Origin: Candidatus Cloacimonadales bacterium
GTDB lineage: Bacteria; Cloacimonadota; Cloacimonadia; Cloacimonadales; JAIOQZ01
NCBI GenBank assembly: GCA_963674825.1
Contig: OY771587.1
Span: forward strand, 3,712,001 to 3,776,000
Direction: 5' to 3'
DNA: 64,000 nt
A program made the translations under genes and the position numbers. Below the pieces are notes generated by a model. That model was not told the DNA's origin. It did not search any database and saw only the letters and a list, made by a program, of their open reading frames with translations. Below, one piece after another: positions 1 through 10,087 of the stretch. How positions within the stretch are numbered: the first letter of the stretch is position 1; the number at the start of each line of letters is the position of its first letter.

Positions 1-780
1 AAATCTGTCTCTCATGAGCAGGTGGGAAACCAGATTCTACGCACCATCATTGCACAGGATTGGGACATACTGCCGAAATTCCTGCGAACAGGATGGACAA
101 ATGGCGATCCCGTGCTGGTAGAGAATTTCATTCAGCGAATGCAGTCCGATTCCAACATCAAGCACATCACCAGCTTCGATCTCATTGCTTCCGCACTCAG
201 CGACAACAACCGCGAAGCGCTTATTCAGTACGAAGTGAACGGTAAGGTCGATCTGACGCTGCACCTGCTTGAAGAGAACGGAGAGTGGAAGCTGGAATCG
301 CGCACTTACGGCAAGCTTGAGATTTACCGGGATTTGCAGCAGATCATGAATCAGGCAGCGCTTTACCTGCAGAAATCTCCCGATAGCGCATGCTGGGAAT
401 ACATCAATAAGTTCCTGAAGTTTTATCCCGATTCAGCTGATCTTCAGTACGATATGGGAATGTATCAATACTTCAATCGCAACACAAAACGCGCGAGAAT
501 CTATCTGATGAACGCGGTGGAAATCGACGGTTCGTTTACCGAGGCAAGGTACGCTCTGGCGACTATCCTGCAAACGTCGGATGAACCCCAGGAAGCCGAA
601 CGCCATTATCGCATCGTGCTCGAGCAGAATCCGGACGATTTTCGTGCAATGAACAATATCGCGACCATAATGATCGATTCGGATCGCAAGGAAGAAGCGA
701 AAAAGCTGCTTCTGAAATGCCTTGCCATCCAGCCCGAATTCGAGATGGCGCAGAAAAATCTGGAAAGGTTATCGAGTTGA
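1..780 (+). CDS. TPR-repeat protein, probably 5'-truncated by the window edge
   Basis: C-terminal TPR-like units (EARYALATIL, AMNNIATIM, AQKNLERL); the frame is open from base 1. Confidence 0.75.
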   Translation, partial: KSVSHEQVGNQILRTIIAQDWDILPKFLRTGWTNGDPVLVENFIQRMQSDSNIKHITSFDLIASALSDNNREALIQYEVNGKVDLTLHLLEENGEWKLESRTYGKLEIYRDLQQIMNQAALYLQKSPDSACWEYINKFLKFYPDSADLQYDMGMYQYFNRNTKRARIYLMNAVEIDGSFTEARYALATILQTSDEPQEAERHYRIVLEQNPDDFRAMNNIATIMIDSDRKEEAKKLLLKCLAIQPEFEMAQKNLERLSS

Positions 781-918
781 TAGTCTGCCATGCTGCTGTC
801 CTTCGACTCTATGAAAGATAGTGTTTGTGCTTTGCAAAACTCACAGCTCAGGATGACATAGCATAGCAGAAAGCTTTACTGGCTCATGCTAACACGAGCG
901 AAACAAAGGAGAAAGAAG

Positions 919-1392
919 ATGGATAAAATCAAGAACGCATACCTCTATGCTATCCAAAATGAAATCAAGACCAAGAATCTCTATAAATTACTGCAAAAAG
1001 CCTTCTTGAAAGCACAGGTTGGCCATGTATTTCTCGAACTGATCGAGCTGGAGAAAATCCACGAACAGAAGCTGACCGAACAATTTAAAAAAATCTTCCC
1101 GGGCGAAAAGCCGGATGTCGATCCTAAAGCAATATTCACGTTCCACAGCGACGTGGACCTAAGGGATGCCGACGATGTGCTTCAGTTCGCCATGGATATG
1201 GAACAGCATGCGCACGATAAGTACGAGCAACTTGCCGCTGAGACCAACAATGACGAGACGAAGGAGCTTTTCAGCTTCCTCGCCGATGAAGAAAGTAACC
1301 ACAAGGATCTGCTTCAGGATGAGATCGAACGCATCCACGGCGCGATGACATGGTTCGATCCTTCCGAGCTGAACGGATTACAGGAATATTGA
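919..1392 (+). CDS. Ferritin-like / rubrerythrin-family protein
   Basis: Two E..Y / ExxH diiron half-sites (ELEKIHE, DEESNHK); AGGAG RBS before ATG 919. Confidence 0.8.
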   Translation: MDKIKNAYLYAIQNEIKTKNLYKLLQKAFLKAQVGHVFLELIELEKIHEQKLTEQFKKIFPGEKPDVDPKAIFTFHSDVDLRDADDVLQFAMDMEQHAHDKYEQLAAETNNDETKELFSFLADEESNHKDLLQDEIERIHGAMTWFDPSELNGLQEY

Positions 1393-1416
1393 TCGAGTAA
1401 CAATAAAGGAGCTACT

Positions 1417-2760
1417 ATGCCGTTTATTTCCAACACCGACAAAGAACGTAAAGAGATGCTGGAAGCGATCGGTGTGGCGCGTTTCGAGGAACTTCTTGTA
1501 AACATCCCCGAAAAGCTGCGCCTGACACAGCCGCTGAAGCTTGACGAGCCGCTCTCGGAACTCGAGGTGACCCGCCGTATCAATTGTATCGCAGCCAAGA
1601 ATCGACATTCGGAAGCCATGAACTCATTCATGGGCGCTGGCGTTTACGACCACTTTATTCCCGCTGCGGTCGATCACATTATCATCCGGCCCGAGTTCCT
1701 CACCGCTTACACGCCTTATCAGGCGGAGGTAAGCCAGGGAACACTGCAATTCATCTATGAATTCCAGACCTTGATTTGCGAACTTACCGGCATGGAAATC
1801 GCCAACGCCGGTATGTACGACGGAGCTTCGGCAGCCGCTGAAGCACTCCTGATGGCATCCCGGCACACCCGCAAAGAGAAGGTTATTCTCGCGGGAACGC
1901 TCCACCCCAGATTTTACGATGTTATCCGCAGCTACACCGAAGATGTCGGCCTCGAGCTTGTCATCGCTCCGGTGAAAAAAGGCGCTACCGACCTCGATGA
2001 GCTGGCTAAGCTGATCGACAAAGACACCGCTGGCGTTCTGGTTCAGACTCCGAACTACTATGGCTGTCTGGAAGACATGCAAAAGATAGACGAACTCGTA
2101 CACGCGCAGAAGAAAGCGCTCCTCATCGCGGCCGTCGATCCCATTTCGCTGAACGTTCTCAATTCACCGGCCGAATACCACGCCGACATCGTTGTGGGCG
2201 AAGGCCAAGCGCTTGGCAACAAGATGAACTACGGCGGACCGCTGTTCGGATTCTTCGCATCCAGCTTCAGCCTGCAGCGCTCCATGCCTGGACGCATCGT
2301 GGGCGGAACACTCGACCTGGACGGAAAGCGTGGTTACGCCCTTACGCTCCAGACGCGTGAGCAGCATATCCGCAGAGCCAAGGCAACCTCCAATATATGC
2401 TCCAATCAGTCGCTTGCCTGCCTCGCAGCAACTGTTTACATGTGCCTGATGGGCCGTAAAGGACTTCGCGAGATCGCCGAACAATCGACCATTAAGGCTC
2501 ACTACCTCGCAGAGAAGATCGGCAAGCTGAATGGTTTCGAGATCGCTTTCGATCAACCCTTCTTCAAGGAATTTACCGTTAAAACGCCCATCCCCGCAAA
2601 AGAGCTTATCGACAAGCTGGTCGAAAAGGATATCCTCGCGGGTGTTAATCTGGCTGAAACCGGCATGAAAAACGGTCTTCTGATCGCTGTTACCGAGAAG
2701 AAAACAAAAGCTCAAATGGATGAACTGGTGAAAGCGCTCGAGGAGGTCAACAATGGCTAA
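1417..2760 (+). CDS. gcvPA: Glycine dehydrogenase (decarboxylating) subunit 1
   Basis: TAYTPYQAEVSQG, MYDGASA, QTREQHIRRAKATSNICSN. Confidence 0.97.
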   Translation: MPFISNTDKERKEMLEAIGVARFEELLVNIPEKLRLTQPLKLDEPLSELEVTRRINCIAAKNRHSEAMNSFMGAGVYDHFIPAAVDHIIIRPEFLTAYTPYQAEVSQGTLQFIYEFQTLICELTGMEIANAGMYDGASAAAEALLMASRHTRKEKVILAGTLHPRFYDVIRSYTEDVGLELVIAPVKKGATDLDELAKLIDKDTAGVLVQTPNYYGCLEDMQKIDELVHAQKKALLIAAVDPISLNVLNSPAEYHADIVVGEGQALGNKMNYGGPLFGFFASSFSLQRSMPGRIVGGTLDLDGKRGYALTLQTREQHIRRAKATSNICSNQSLACLAATVYMCLMGRKGLREIAEQSTIKAHYLAEKIGKLNGFEIAFDQPFFKEFTVKTPIPAKELIDKLVEKDILAGVNLAETGMKNGLLIAVTEKKTKAQMDELVKALEEVNNG

Positions 2761-4243
2761 GACAATCTTTGAAAAACATTCGCAGGGCAGATTCGGTTAT
2801 ACACTTCCCAAGCTCGACGTGCAAGGCGATATCAATAGCTGTATTCCCGAGAAATTCCAGCGCAAAGGCGAACTGCCGCTCCCGGAAGTGAGTGAATTGG
2901 ACGTCATGCGCCATTTTATCGAGCTCTCGCACCTGAATCACTTTATCGAGAAGGGCTTCTATCCGCTGGGAAGCTGCACGATGAAATACAACCCCAAAAT
3001 CAACGAAACGCTTGTCCGCAACGCCGGATTCATGGACGTCCATCCCATGCAGCCACAATGCACCGTTCAGGGCGCGCTCGAGCTCCTCTATGAGCTTCAG
3101 AACGACCTCGCGGAGATTTCCGGAATGGCGGATGTCACACTGCAACCGGTTGCAGGTGCTCAGGGTGAATTCACCGGACTCAAGGTGATTCATGCCTATC
3201 ACAAGTTCAACGGCAACCACCACAAGCGTAAAATCATCCTGCCCGATTCGGCTCATGGCACCAACCCCGCAAGCTGTACGCTCGCAGGATTCGAGGTGAT
3301 CGAACTCAAATCGAATGAGAAGGGAAAGGTCGATATCGAAGAGCTAAAATCGCTCATCTCGGACGACGTAGCAGGATTCATGCTCACCAATCCGAACACG
3401 CTTGGACTCTTCGAGAGCCAGGTCGAGAAAATCGCCGAACTCATCCATAGTGTAGATGGCCTGATGTACATGGACGGCGCGAACCTTAACGCGCTGTTGG
3501 GCATCGTGCAGCCGGGCAAGATCGGTTTCGACGTGATGCACTTCAACCTGCACAAGACCTTCTCTACCCCGCACGGCGGCGGTGGCCCCGGTTCAGGTCC
3601 GGTCGGCGTACGCGAAGATCTGGTCAAGTTCCTGCCCGTCCCGATGGTTCGTAAGAACGATGACGGTACATTTTACCTCGATTGTTCGCACAGCGATACC
3701 TCGATCGGCAAGGTGCACTCGCACTACGGTAACTTCAGCCAGAACGTACGTGCCTGGATTTACATCAAGATGCTGGGCGCGGAAGGCCTTCGTGAAGTAT
3801 CCCGCAATGCCATCATCAACGCCAATTATATCATGCACAAGCTCAACAAGTACTTCCACGTGCAGTACGACGAGCATTGCATGCACGAATTCGTAGCTGA
3901 TGGAAGTTGGCAGAAGAAGCTCTACGATGATCCCGACAAGCAGATCAAGACGCTCGATATCGCCAAACGGCTGCTCGATAAGGGTTTCCATGCACCAACA
4001 GTCTATTTCCCGCTGATCATCCATGAAGCGATGATGATCGAGCCGACCGAGACCGAAAGTAAAGAGACGCTGGACATGTTCATCAACGCGATGATCGAGA
4101 TCGCATCCGAAGCGAAGGAGAACCCTGAGCTGCTCAAAGACGCCCCCTTCACCACACCGGTTCGTCGCCTCGACGACGTGCGTGCGGTCAAGGTGCTGGA
4201 CGTAAAGTTCCAGGATTACATGAAAATCAAAGAGGAAGATTAA
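2753..4243 (+). CDS. gcvPB: Glycine dehydrogenase (decarboxylating) subunit 2
   Basis: YPLGSCTMKYNP, SAHGTNPAS, PLP lysine motif NLHKTFSTPHGGGGPG; overlaps gcvPA. Confidence 0.97.
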   Translation: MAKTIFEKHSQGRFGYTLPKLDVQGDINSCIPEKFQRKGELPLPEVSELDVMRHFIELSHLNHFIEKGFYPLGSCTMKYNPKINETLVRNAGFMDVHPMQPQCTVQGALELLYELQNDLAEISGMADVTLQPVAGAQGEFTGLKVIHAYHKFNGNHHKRKIILPDSAHGTNPASCTLAGFEVIELKSNEKGKVDIEELKSLISDDVAGFMLTNPNTLGLFESQVEKIAELIHSVDGLMYMDGANLNALLGIVQPGKIGFDVMHFNLHKTFSTPHGGGGPGSGPVGVREDLVKFLPVPMVRKNDDGTFYLDCSHSDTSIGKVHSHYGNFSQNVRAWIYIKMLGAEGLREVSRNAIINANYIMHKLNKYFHVQYDEHCMHEFVADGSWQKKLYDDPDKQIKTLDIAKRLLDKGFHAPTVYFPLIIHEAMMIEPTETESKETLDMFINAMIEIASEAKENPELLKDAPFTTPVRRLDDVRAVKVLDVKFQDYMKIKEED

Positions 4244-4263
4244 TTCCCAAGATAAGTCCATTC

Positions 4264-4291
4264 AAAGCCGGGGTCGCAAGACTCCGGCTTT
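4264..4291 (+). terminator. Intrinsic terminator after gcvPB
   Basis: AAAGCCGGGGTC-GCAA-GACTCCGGCTTT hairpin. Confidence 0.75.
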
Positions 4292-4514
4292 ATTAATCCT
4301 GGGAACGCGGACGTCCTGTAGGTTTTGGGACAAAACCTGGAATCTTCAAACGTCCGCATCTCTTTCCTTATTGAGCACGGACGTCCTCGCTCTATATGAC
4401 AATCACATTGGATTGCCCCTACAGCCCACGCGGAACGCCATTACCCTTGGAATCCCCATGAATTTACCTTGACGCTGGATAAATGGTCGCATTTAATGGA
4501 AAATTGGAGTAGTT

Positions 4515-5789
4515 ATGAAGGTCATGCTTGTGAATCCGCCCAACGCGGGAAAGAGCATTCCGGAAGAAAAGTACGGGATCAAAGCGATTAAGCAGCTATT
4601 TCGCGGTGAGCCATTAGGCTTGGAAGAACTTGCCGCGAATCTGGAAGAACACGACGTCCGCATCGTCGATATGAAGGTGTGCGAACAGGACTTCACGTCT
4701 GAACTGGAGGCTTTCCGGCCGGACGTGATCGGTTTTTCCAGTGTTACCTGTGAAGCGCAGACGGTCTCCAGGCTCGCAAAGCAGGCCAAACTGCACCACG
4801 ATGTTACGACCATTGTCGGTGGCGTGCATGCGACCTACCAACCTGAGTGGTTCAATCGCGAGGAGTTCGATTACATCGTGATCGGGCTGGGCAAGCAGAG
4901 CTTTCGTGAATTGCTCGATGGTTTCGGGGATGTACCCGGCGTGGCAAAGACCAATCCCGGGGAATCGCTTCGCTATACACCGCGCGCGTTCAGCATGGAC
5001 GACCTCGTACAGGAAAAACCGCCGCGCTACGATCTGGTCGAGAAATATCGCAAGCAATACGTCGTGGAGCGGGTAAATCTCCCGGTAGGGTTCGTAGGAA
5101 CATCCGTCGGATGCCCCTATGCCTGTTCATTCTGCGCCATTCCCCGTATGACCGGCGGCCAGTATTTCTCGCGCGAGCCGGAATATGTGCTGCGTGACAT
5201 CGAGCTGCTCTCCGAGATCCCGGTGATCCGCCTGGTGGATGCAAACACCTTCGGCGATCCCGATCAAGCGCTCTCGATCGCCCGAATGATCCAGGAACGC
5301 GGCATCAAAAAGACCTTTGCGCTGGACATACGCGCGGATGCGATCGTCGAGAAAGAGGACGTTCTTCGCGAGTGGAAAAAGGCCGGACTGGGTTTCGCGG
5401 TGGTAGGATTCGAAGAGATCTGCGATGACAAGCTGAATAGCTTCAACAAGCGCTATAGCTCGCAGATCATACCCAAAGCGGTGGAAATCCTGCATGAACT
5501 GGATATTAAAATCTTGGGAGACTTCATCGTCTCGCCGGACTACACGGAAGCTGATTTCGACAGGCTCGAGCAGTATATTACCGATCAAGCGATCGAGCTA
5601 CCCGTGTTCACCATCCTGACGCCCATGCCTGGAACACCACTCTATCAGAGCATGAAAGACCGCGTTCTGATTCACGATCTTGACTATTACACCTATATGA
5701 ACGCCGTTGTTGAGACACGGCTGCCCGAGGACGTCTTTTACCTGCGTTTCTCGGAACTTTACAAACGATTTCACGAAAGGAAACGATAA
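4515..5789 (+). CDS. Cobalamin-binding (class B) radical SAM protein
   Basis: N-terminal B12-binding region (EPLGLE, GGVHAT) and CPYACSFC (CxxxCxxC). Confidence 0.9.
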   Translation: MKVMLVNPPNAGKSIPEEKYGIKAIKQLFRGEPLGLEELAANLEEHDVRIVDMKVCEQDFTSELEAFRPDVIGFSSVTCEAQTVSRLAKQAKLHHDVTTIVGGVHATYQPEWFNREEFDYIVIGLGKQSFRELLDGFGDVPGVAKTNPGESLRYTPRAFSMDDLVQEKPPRYDLVEKYRKQYVVERVNLPVGFVGTSVGCPYACSFCAIPRMTGGQYFSREPEYVLRDIELLSEIPVIRLVDANTFGDPDQALSIARMIQERGIKKTFALDIRADAIVEKEDVLREWKKAGLGFAVVGFEEICDDKLNSFNKRYSSQIIPKAVEILHELDIKILGDFIVSPDYTEADFDRLEQYITDQAIELPVFTILTPMPGTPLYQSMKDRVLIHDLDYYTYMNAVVETRLPEDVFYLRFSELYKRFHERKR

Positions 5790-6920
5790 ATGGAAGCCTA
5801 TATTGTCGATGTCGCAGCTTTTTTACCTAATCAGCCAATCGATAACGATCATATCGAAAACGTTCTGGGACGCATCGACGGTGTTTCGTCCCGTACAAGG
5901 CGCATCATCCTGCGCAATAACGGCATCAAGCAACGCTATTACGCGATCGATCCCGAGACGGGGAAATTCACGCACAACAACAGCCAGCTCGCGGCGGAAG
6001 CCATTCGACGTCTTGGCAACACCGACGATGTCGATATGATATGCTGCGGAACCTCATCGCCGGATACCGTCATGCCGGGCATCGGGCCGTTGGTACATGG
6101 CGAACTGGGCTGGAAGCCCATCCACGTGATGAGCACGGCTGGACAATGCCTTGCTGGTATTACCGCGTTTAACTACGCAGCCATGAGCGTCGCAACCGGT
6201 AACGCTCAAAAGGCTGTCGCCACCGGATCCGAGATGTGCTCCACCTTCCTTCGTGCCGATTTCCTCAAGCGATTCCGCGGCGAGGATGTCGATCTGGAGA
6301 AACAACCGGAGATGGCATTCGGTATCGATTTCCTGCGCTGGATGCTATCTGATGGCGCTGGAGCCGTAATGCTCCAAGGTAAACCGGCAACGGATGGACT
6401 ATCATTGCGCATAGACTGGTGTGACCTCTTTTCCTACGCCGGCGAAATCGAGACCTGCATGTATGCCGGCGCGATCAAGACCGAAGATGGTAGAATCGAA
6501 GGCTGGCGTACTGCTTCATCGCTCATGGATGCCGTGCAAAACGATTACTTCCCCATCAAGCAGGATGTGAAACTGCTCAACAAGTGGATCCCGGAGATTG
6601 GAGTGAACCGCGCGCTCAAGACATCCGTCGAACGCCACTCGCTTCATGCTGATGAATTCGACTGGTTTCTGCCGCACTATTCATCAGAATACTTCCGAAA
6701 AATCCTGTTCGAACGCATGCACGAGATCGGCTTCCCGATTCCGTATGAGAAGTGGTTTACGAATCTCACCTATAAAGGCAACACCGGTGCCGCGTCGATC
6801 TTTATCATTCTCGAAGAGCTTTTCCATTCCGGCAAGCTTGAAAAGGGACAGAAAATCTTGTGCTTCGTACCGGAAAGCGGCCGATTCTCGATGAGTTACA
6901 TGCAATTGACGGTTGTGTGA
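5790..6920 (+). CDS. Beta-ketoacyl synthase III, DarB/StlD-like
   Basis: FLRWMLSDGAGA, Cys (GQCLAG), His (PHYSS), Asn (GNTGAAS), VPESGRFS. Confidence 0.85.
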   Translation: MEAYIVDVAAFLPNQPIDNDHIENVLGRIDGVSSRTRRIILRNNGIKQRYYAIDPETGKFTHNNSQLAAEAIRRLGNTDDVDMICCGTSSPDTVMPGIGPLVHGELGWKPIHVMSTAGQCLAGITAFNYAAMSVATGNAQKAVATGSEMCSTFLRADFLKRFRGEDVDLEKQPEMAFGIDFLRWMLSDGAGAVMLQGKPATDGLSLRIDWCDLFSYAGEIETCMYAGAIKTEDGRIEGWRTASSLMDAVQNDYFPIKQDVKLLNKWIPEIGVNRALKTSVERHSLHADEFDWFLPHYSSEYFRKILFERMHEIGFPIPYEKWFTNLTYKGNTGAASIFIILEELFHSGKLEKGQKILCFVPESGRFSMSYMQLTVV

Positions 6921-7015
6921 GACACGATCTTGCGAAGGCAGGATGTTTGAACATTCAGATGACCTCGCAAGCTCGGACAATCGGAAGATGAAACACAATA
7001 TAAAAGGTATTTTAT

Positions 7016-7765
7016 ATGAACACTGACTGGAACGCGTTTGCGGAACTATACGACTGGGAATTCAAGCAGATCTGCACTCGACAAAAAGAGGACGTGAAGC
7101 TGTGGAACGATCTGGCTGAAGAAATCGGTGGCCCGATCATCGAACTCGGCTGCGGAAGCGGTCGCATCACGAAACCTCTGCTCAAAAACGGTTATCAGGT
7201 CACGGCGATCGATAGCTCGCAGACCATGATTGATCTACTCGGCTCCCATCCCAACCTCACGCCAATTTGTACGGACATGACGAGCTTCACAACCGACCAG
7301 ATCTTTCGGTTCGCCTTCATCGGCTATTCATCATTCCAGCTTCTCCACACACTTGAAGAGCAGATGCTTTGCCTGCGAAATATCCGCCGACACCTCGAAC
7401 CTGGCGGTATCCTTGCGCTCGACATCTGCCCCATTGTCCTCGATGGCGAAAAGGCAGATGCTTTACGGCATGTTTATACTCTACCCTGGGAAGAAAAGAA
7501 TGTTGTTGTAGCATGTTATACATCTTGGGAGGACGACTATGTCTTCAAGATGCGCAACTGGAACGACCGCTATGAGATATTCCATCCGGGCGGCGATATG
7601 GAAGTCATGCATAATTCCATCACGCTGAAAGAAATCGAGCTGGATACGATGAGGCTTTTGCTCATGCTCTGCGGCTACGAACTCGTGGATGTGTACGGCT
7701 CGCTGCAACGCGGCCCTCTCACCACCGAATCCCACAATATGATCATTATTGCAAAACGAATATGA
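7016..7765 (+). CDS. Class I SAM-dependent methyltransferase
   Basis: ELGCGSGR motif I; HLEPGGIL. Confidence 0.9.
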   Translation: MNTDWNAFAELYDWEFKQICTRQKEDVKLWNDLAEEIGGPIIELGCGSGRITKPLLKNGYQVTAIDSSQTMIDLLGSHPNLTPICTDMTSFTTDQIFRFAFIGYSSFQLLHTLEEQMLCLRNIRRHLEPGGILALDICPIVLDGEKADALRHVYTLPWEEKNVVVACYTSWEDDYVFKMRNWNDRYEIFHPGGDMEVMHNSITLKEIELDTMRLLLMLCGYELVDVYGSLQRGPLTTESHNMIIIAKRI

Positions 7766-9135
7766 AACGAATCCTGCTACCGCTTCTGCTGATACTCGCA
7801 TGCAGCCTGAACGCCGCGCGCTTCGACTACAAGCCGGCGAAGAAATCCAATGTCGCGTACATCGTATATTGCCTGGACGACGACAAGACCGTTCTGGAAC
7901 ACAACCCCGATAAACCGTTCCGGTTCGCTTCCAACCTGAAGCTGCTTACCTCGTTGGCCGCCATGCACTACCTTGGTACAGGATACCGTTATACAACCCT
8001 CTTTGGCTACGATCCCGAGTCGCGCGTACTCTACATCAAAGGCGACGGCGATCCGACAACCGTGATCGAGGATTTCGAAGACTTCGCTTATTGGTTCAAG
8101 GTCAAGGGCTTTGCCGATATTGAAAAGGTTATCGTGGATGACTATCGTTTCGGCCCAGATGGATACCGGCCTGTCGAAGGGATTCAGGAAGAAGGCGATC
8201 GTTCCTATCTCGCTTACGCCTCAGGCCTGTCACTGAACTACAACAGCGTGTTTATTGCGATTACACCAGGAAAAGCCGGTAAACCTGCAAACGCTTATTT
8301 GCGCACACCTGGCGATTACTTTACCATCGAGAACAACATCACGTCCACATCCGGCACCCAGCGCCGGTTGCGTGTCAGCTCTGTCGATAATGGTACCGGC
8401 GACACCATTATGCTGGGTGGAACCATCGGGAATGAAAGGAAGCGGCTCTCGAGCTATTCACGCATGATTCACCACCCCACCGAACACTACGTCCAAACGC
8501 TCCTGCATTTGGCAGGAAACAAGCCTGCTTCAATCGTACGTCGCGAGCTTCCCGATTCGCTCTTCCTCAGCGACGGAATCGTGCCGTTTTCACATGACTC
8601 CAAGCCTCTGCGGGATGTCGTGGAACGCATGAACATCTGGTCGTCCAATCTCATCGCCGAAACGCTCAAATACACCATCGGTGATTCGATCGCGGGAGAT
8701 CCCAACCAGGGATTGGAGCTGATCAAACGTTTCGCGCGCGAGGAATTGGGCCACGAGATCGATATCGTGAACGGCTCCGGACTGGGAAACAACGCAAATC
8801 ACCTCACCGCGTCGCTCTTCATCGACATCATGAAATATGCGTGTAGCGATCCCCAACTCAAGATTGATTTCCTCTCATCACTGCCGGTTTACGGTGAAGA
8901 AGGAACGCTGGTCGATACACCCGGTTTTGAGGACAGTATCAGCGTTATCCGCGCCAAGACAGGCATGCTGAGCGATGTCGCGGCTATGACGGGCATGATG
9001 GTAGCCGACAACGGCAAGACGTACCTTTTCACATTTGTTGTGAACGATTACCCCGAAAAAGCTGAATATGACCGCGTCTATTTCCGCAATCGGTTTGTGG
9101 GTGATATCCTGAAATATTTGAACGAGCTGAAGTAA
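7762..9135 (+). CDS. dacB: D-Ala-D-Ala carboxypeptidase/endopeptidase (PBP4, peptidase S13)
   Basis: Signal peptide; ASNLK (SxxK), SSN (SxN), NGSGL, AKTG. Confidence 0.9.
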   Translation: MKRILLPLLLILACSLNAARFDYKPAKKSNVAYIVYCLDDDKTVLEHNPDKPFRFASNLKLLTSLAAMHYLGTGYRYTTLFGYDPESRVLYIKGDGDPTTVIEDFEDFAYWFKVKGFADIEKVIVDDYRFGPDGYRPVEGIQEEGDRSYLAYASGLSLNYNSVFIAITPGKAGKPANAYLRTPGDYFTIENNITSTSGTQRRLRVSSVDNGTGDTIMLGGTIGNERKRLSSYSRMIHHPTEHYVQTLLHLAGNKPASIVRRELPDSLFLSDGIVPFSHDSKPLRDVVERMNIWSSNLIAETLKYTIGDSIAGDPNQGLELIKRFAREELGHEIDIVNGSGLGNNANHLTASLFIDIMKYACSDPQLKIDFLSSLPVYGEEGTLVDTPGFEDSISVIRAKTGMLSDVAAMTGMMVADNGKTYLFTFVVNDYPEKAEYDRVYFRNRFVGDILKYLNELK

Positions 9136-9252
9136 AGGAATCAGATTTCTGAATATCCAAATGAGAAAAGGACTTCTGAAGGTATGATTGCCATCGCGAG
9201 ATCCCAGACATTCTGAAGAGTCTCGCTTGCTCGATAGATTCGGAAATTGAGA

Positions 9253-9990
9253 TTATAATGCCTTTACTGCTCTTACCAACTGTCGCATCATCTCCGAAGC
9301 ACCTCCCTGTAAAAAGATATCCGTAATAGCTCCGGTAAACGATGAAGGCTCCGGATTAATCTCGATAACAACAGCTCCGTTTTCACGCGCCAGATAGGGC
9401 ACCATACAGGCCGGCATCACCTGCCCTGTCGTGCCGACAACCAGCATCAAATCGGTCTCGCTTGCCAGCCGAAACGATTCCTCCCGTGCATAATCCGGGA
9501 TCGCTTCCCCGAAGAAAATAAAGTCGGGTTTCAGCAATCCACCGCAATTGCCGCAACTGGGGGGCAGCATGTTCAGGTCGATCGCATCCGCGTCAAATCG
9601 CTCGCCGCATTTGGTGCAAAGAATCTTCTGCATATTGCCATGGAATTCGATGACGTTTTTCGATCCGGCAACCTGGTGCAGATTATCGATATTCTGGGTG
9701 ATCACCGTCTCGAATCCGAGTTCCCGCAATAGCAGATGAGCGTCGTTGGGTTGCGCATCTCCGAAGGTGTCGAAGAAGATTTTCTTAATCCACTCCCAGC
9801 TTCGATCTGGATAGTTGAAGAAATAGTCGATCTCCAGAAAAGAAGGATCGACGCGATTCCAAAGACCATTCTTTCCACGGAATGGAGGTATACCGCTTTC
9901 AACCGATATACCCGCTCCAGTAAAGGCTATAGGCCTCTTCGCACGATGGATCATTCTGGCTGCGTCGAGGATGTTGTTATCGGGCATCAT
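9253..9990 (-). CDS. cobB: NAD-dependent protein deacylase (sirtuin)
   Basis: TGAGISVESGIPPFRG, TQNIDNLH, EFHG, CxxC...CxxC. Confidence 0.93.
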   Translation of the reverse strand: MMPDNNILDAARMIHRAKRPIAFTGAGISVESGIPPFRGKNGLWNRVDPSFLEIDYFFNYPDRSWEWIKKIFFDTFGDAQPNDAHLLLRELGFETVITQNIDNLHQVAGSKNVIEFHGNMQKILCTKCGERFDADAIDLNMLPPSCGNCGGLLKPDFIFFGEAIPDYAREESFRLASETDLMLVVGTTGQVMPACMVPYLARENGAVVIEINPEPSSFTGAITDIFLQGGASEMMRQLVRAVKAL

Positions 9991-10087
9991 TGCTCCATTT
10001 GCATCTTTTTGTTTACAAAAAATATTTAGCTGACAATCTTGTTAAGCTTTTAATTGCAGAAAAATCCGATGGGATGTAAACCGAGAC

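Noticed and set aside
9253..9990. Sirtuin as a Sir2-type anti-phage defence gene
   Set aside because: It is an ordinary Zn-finger CobB-type deacylase among housekeeping genes, with no defence partners.
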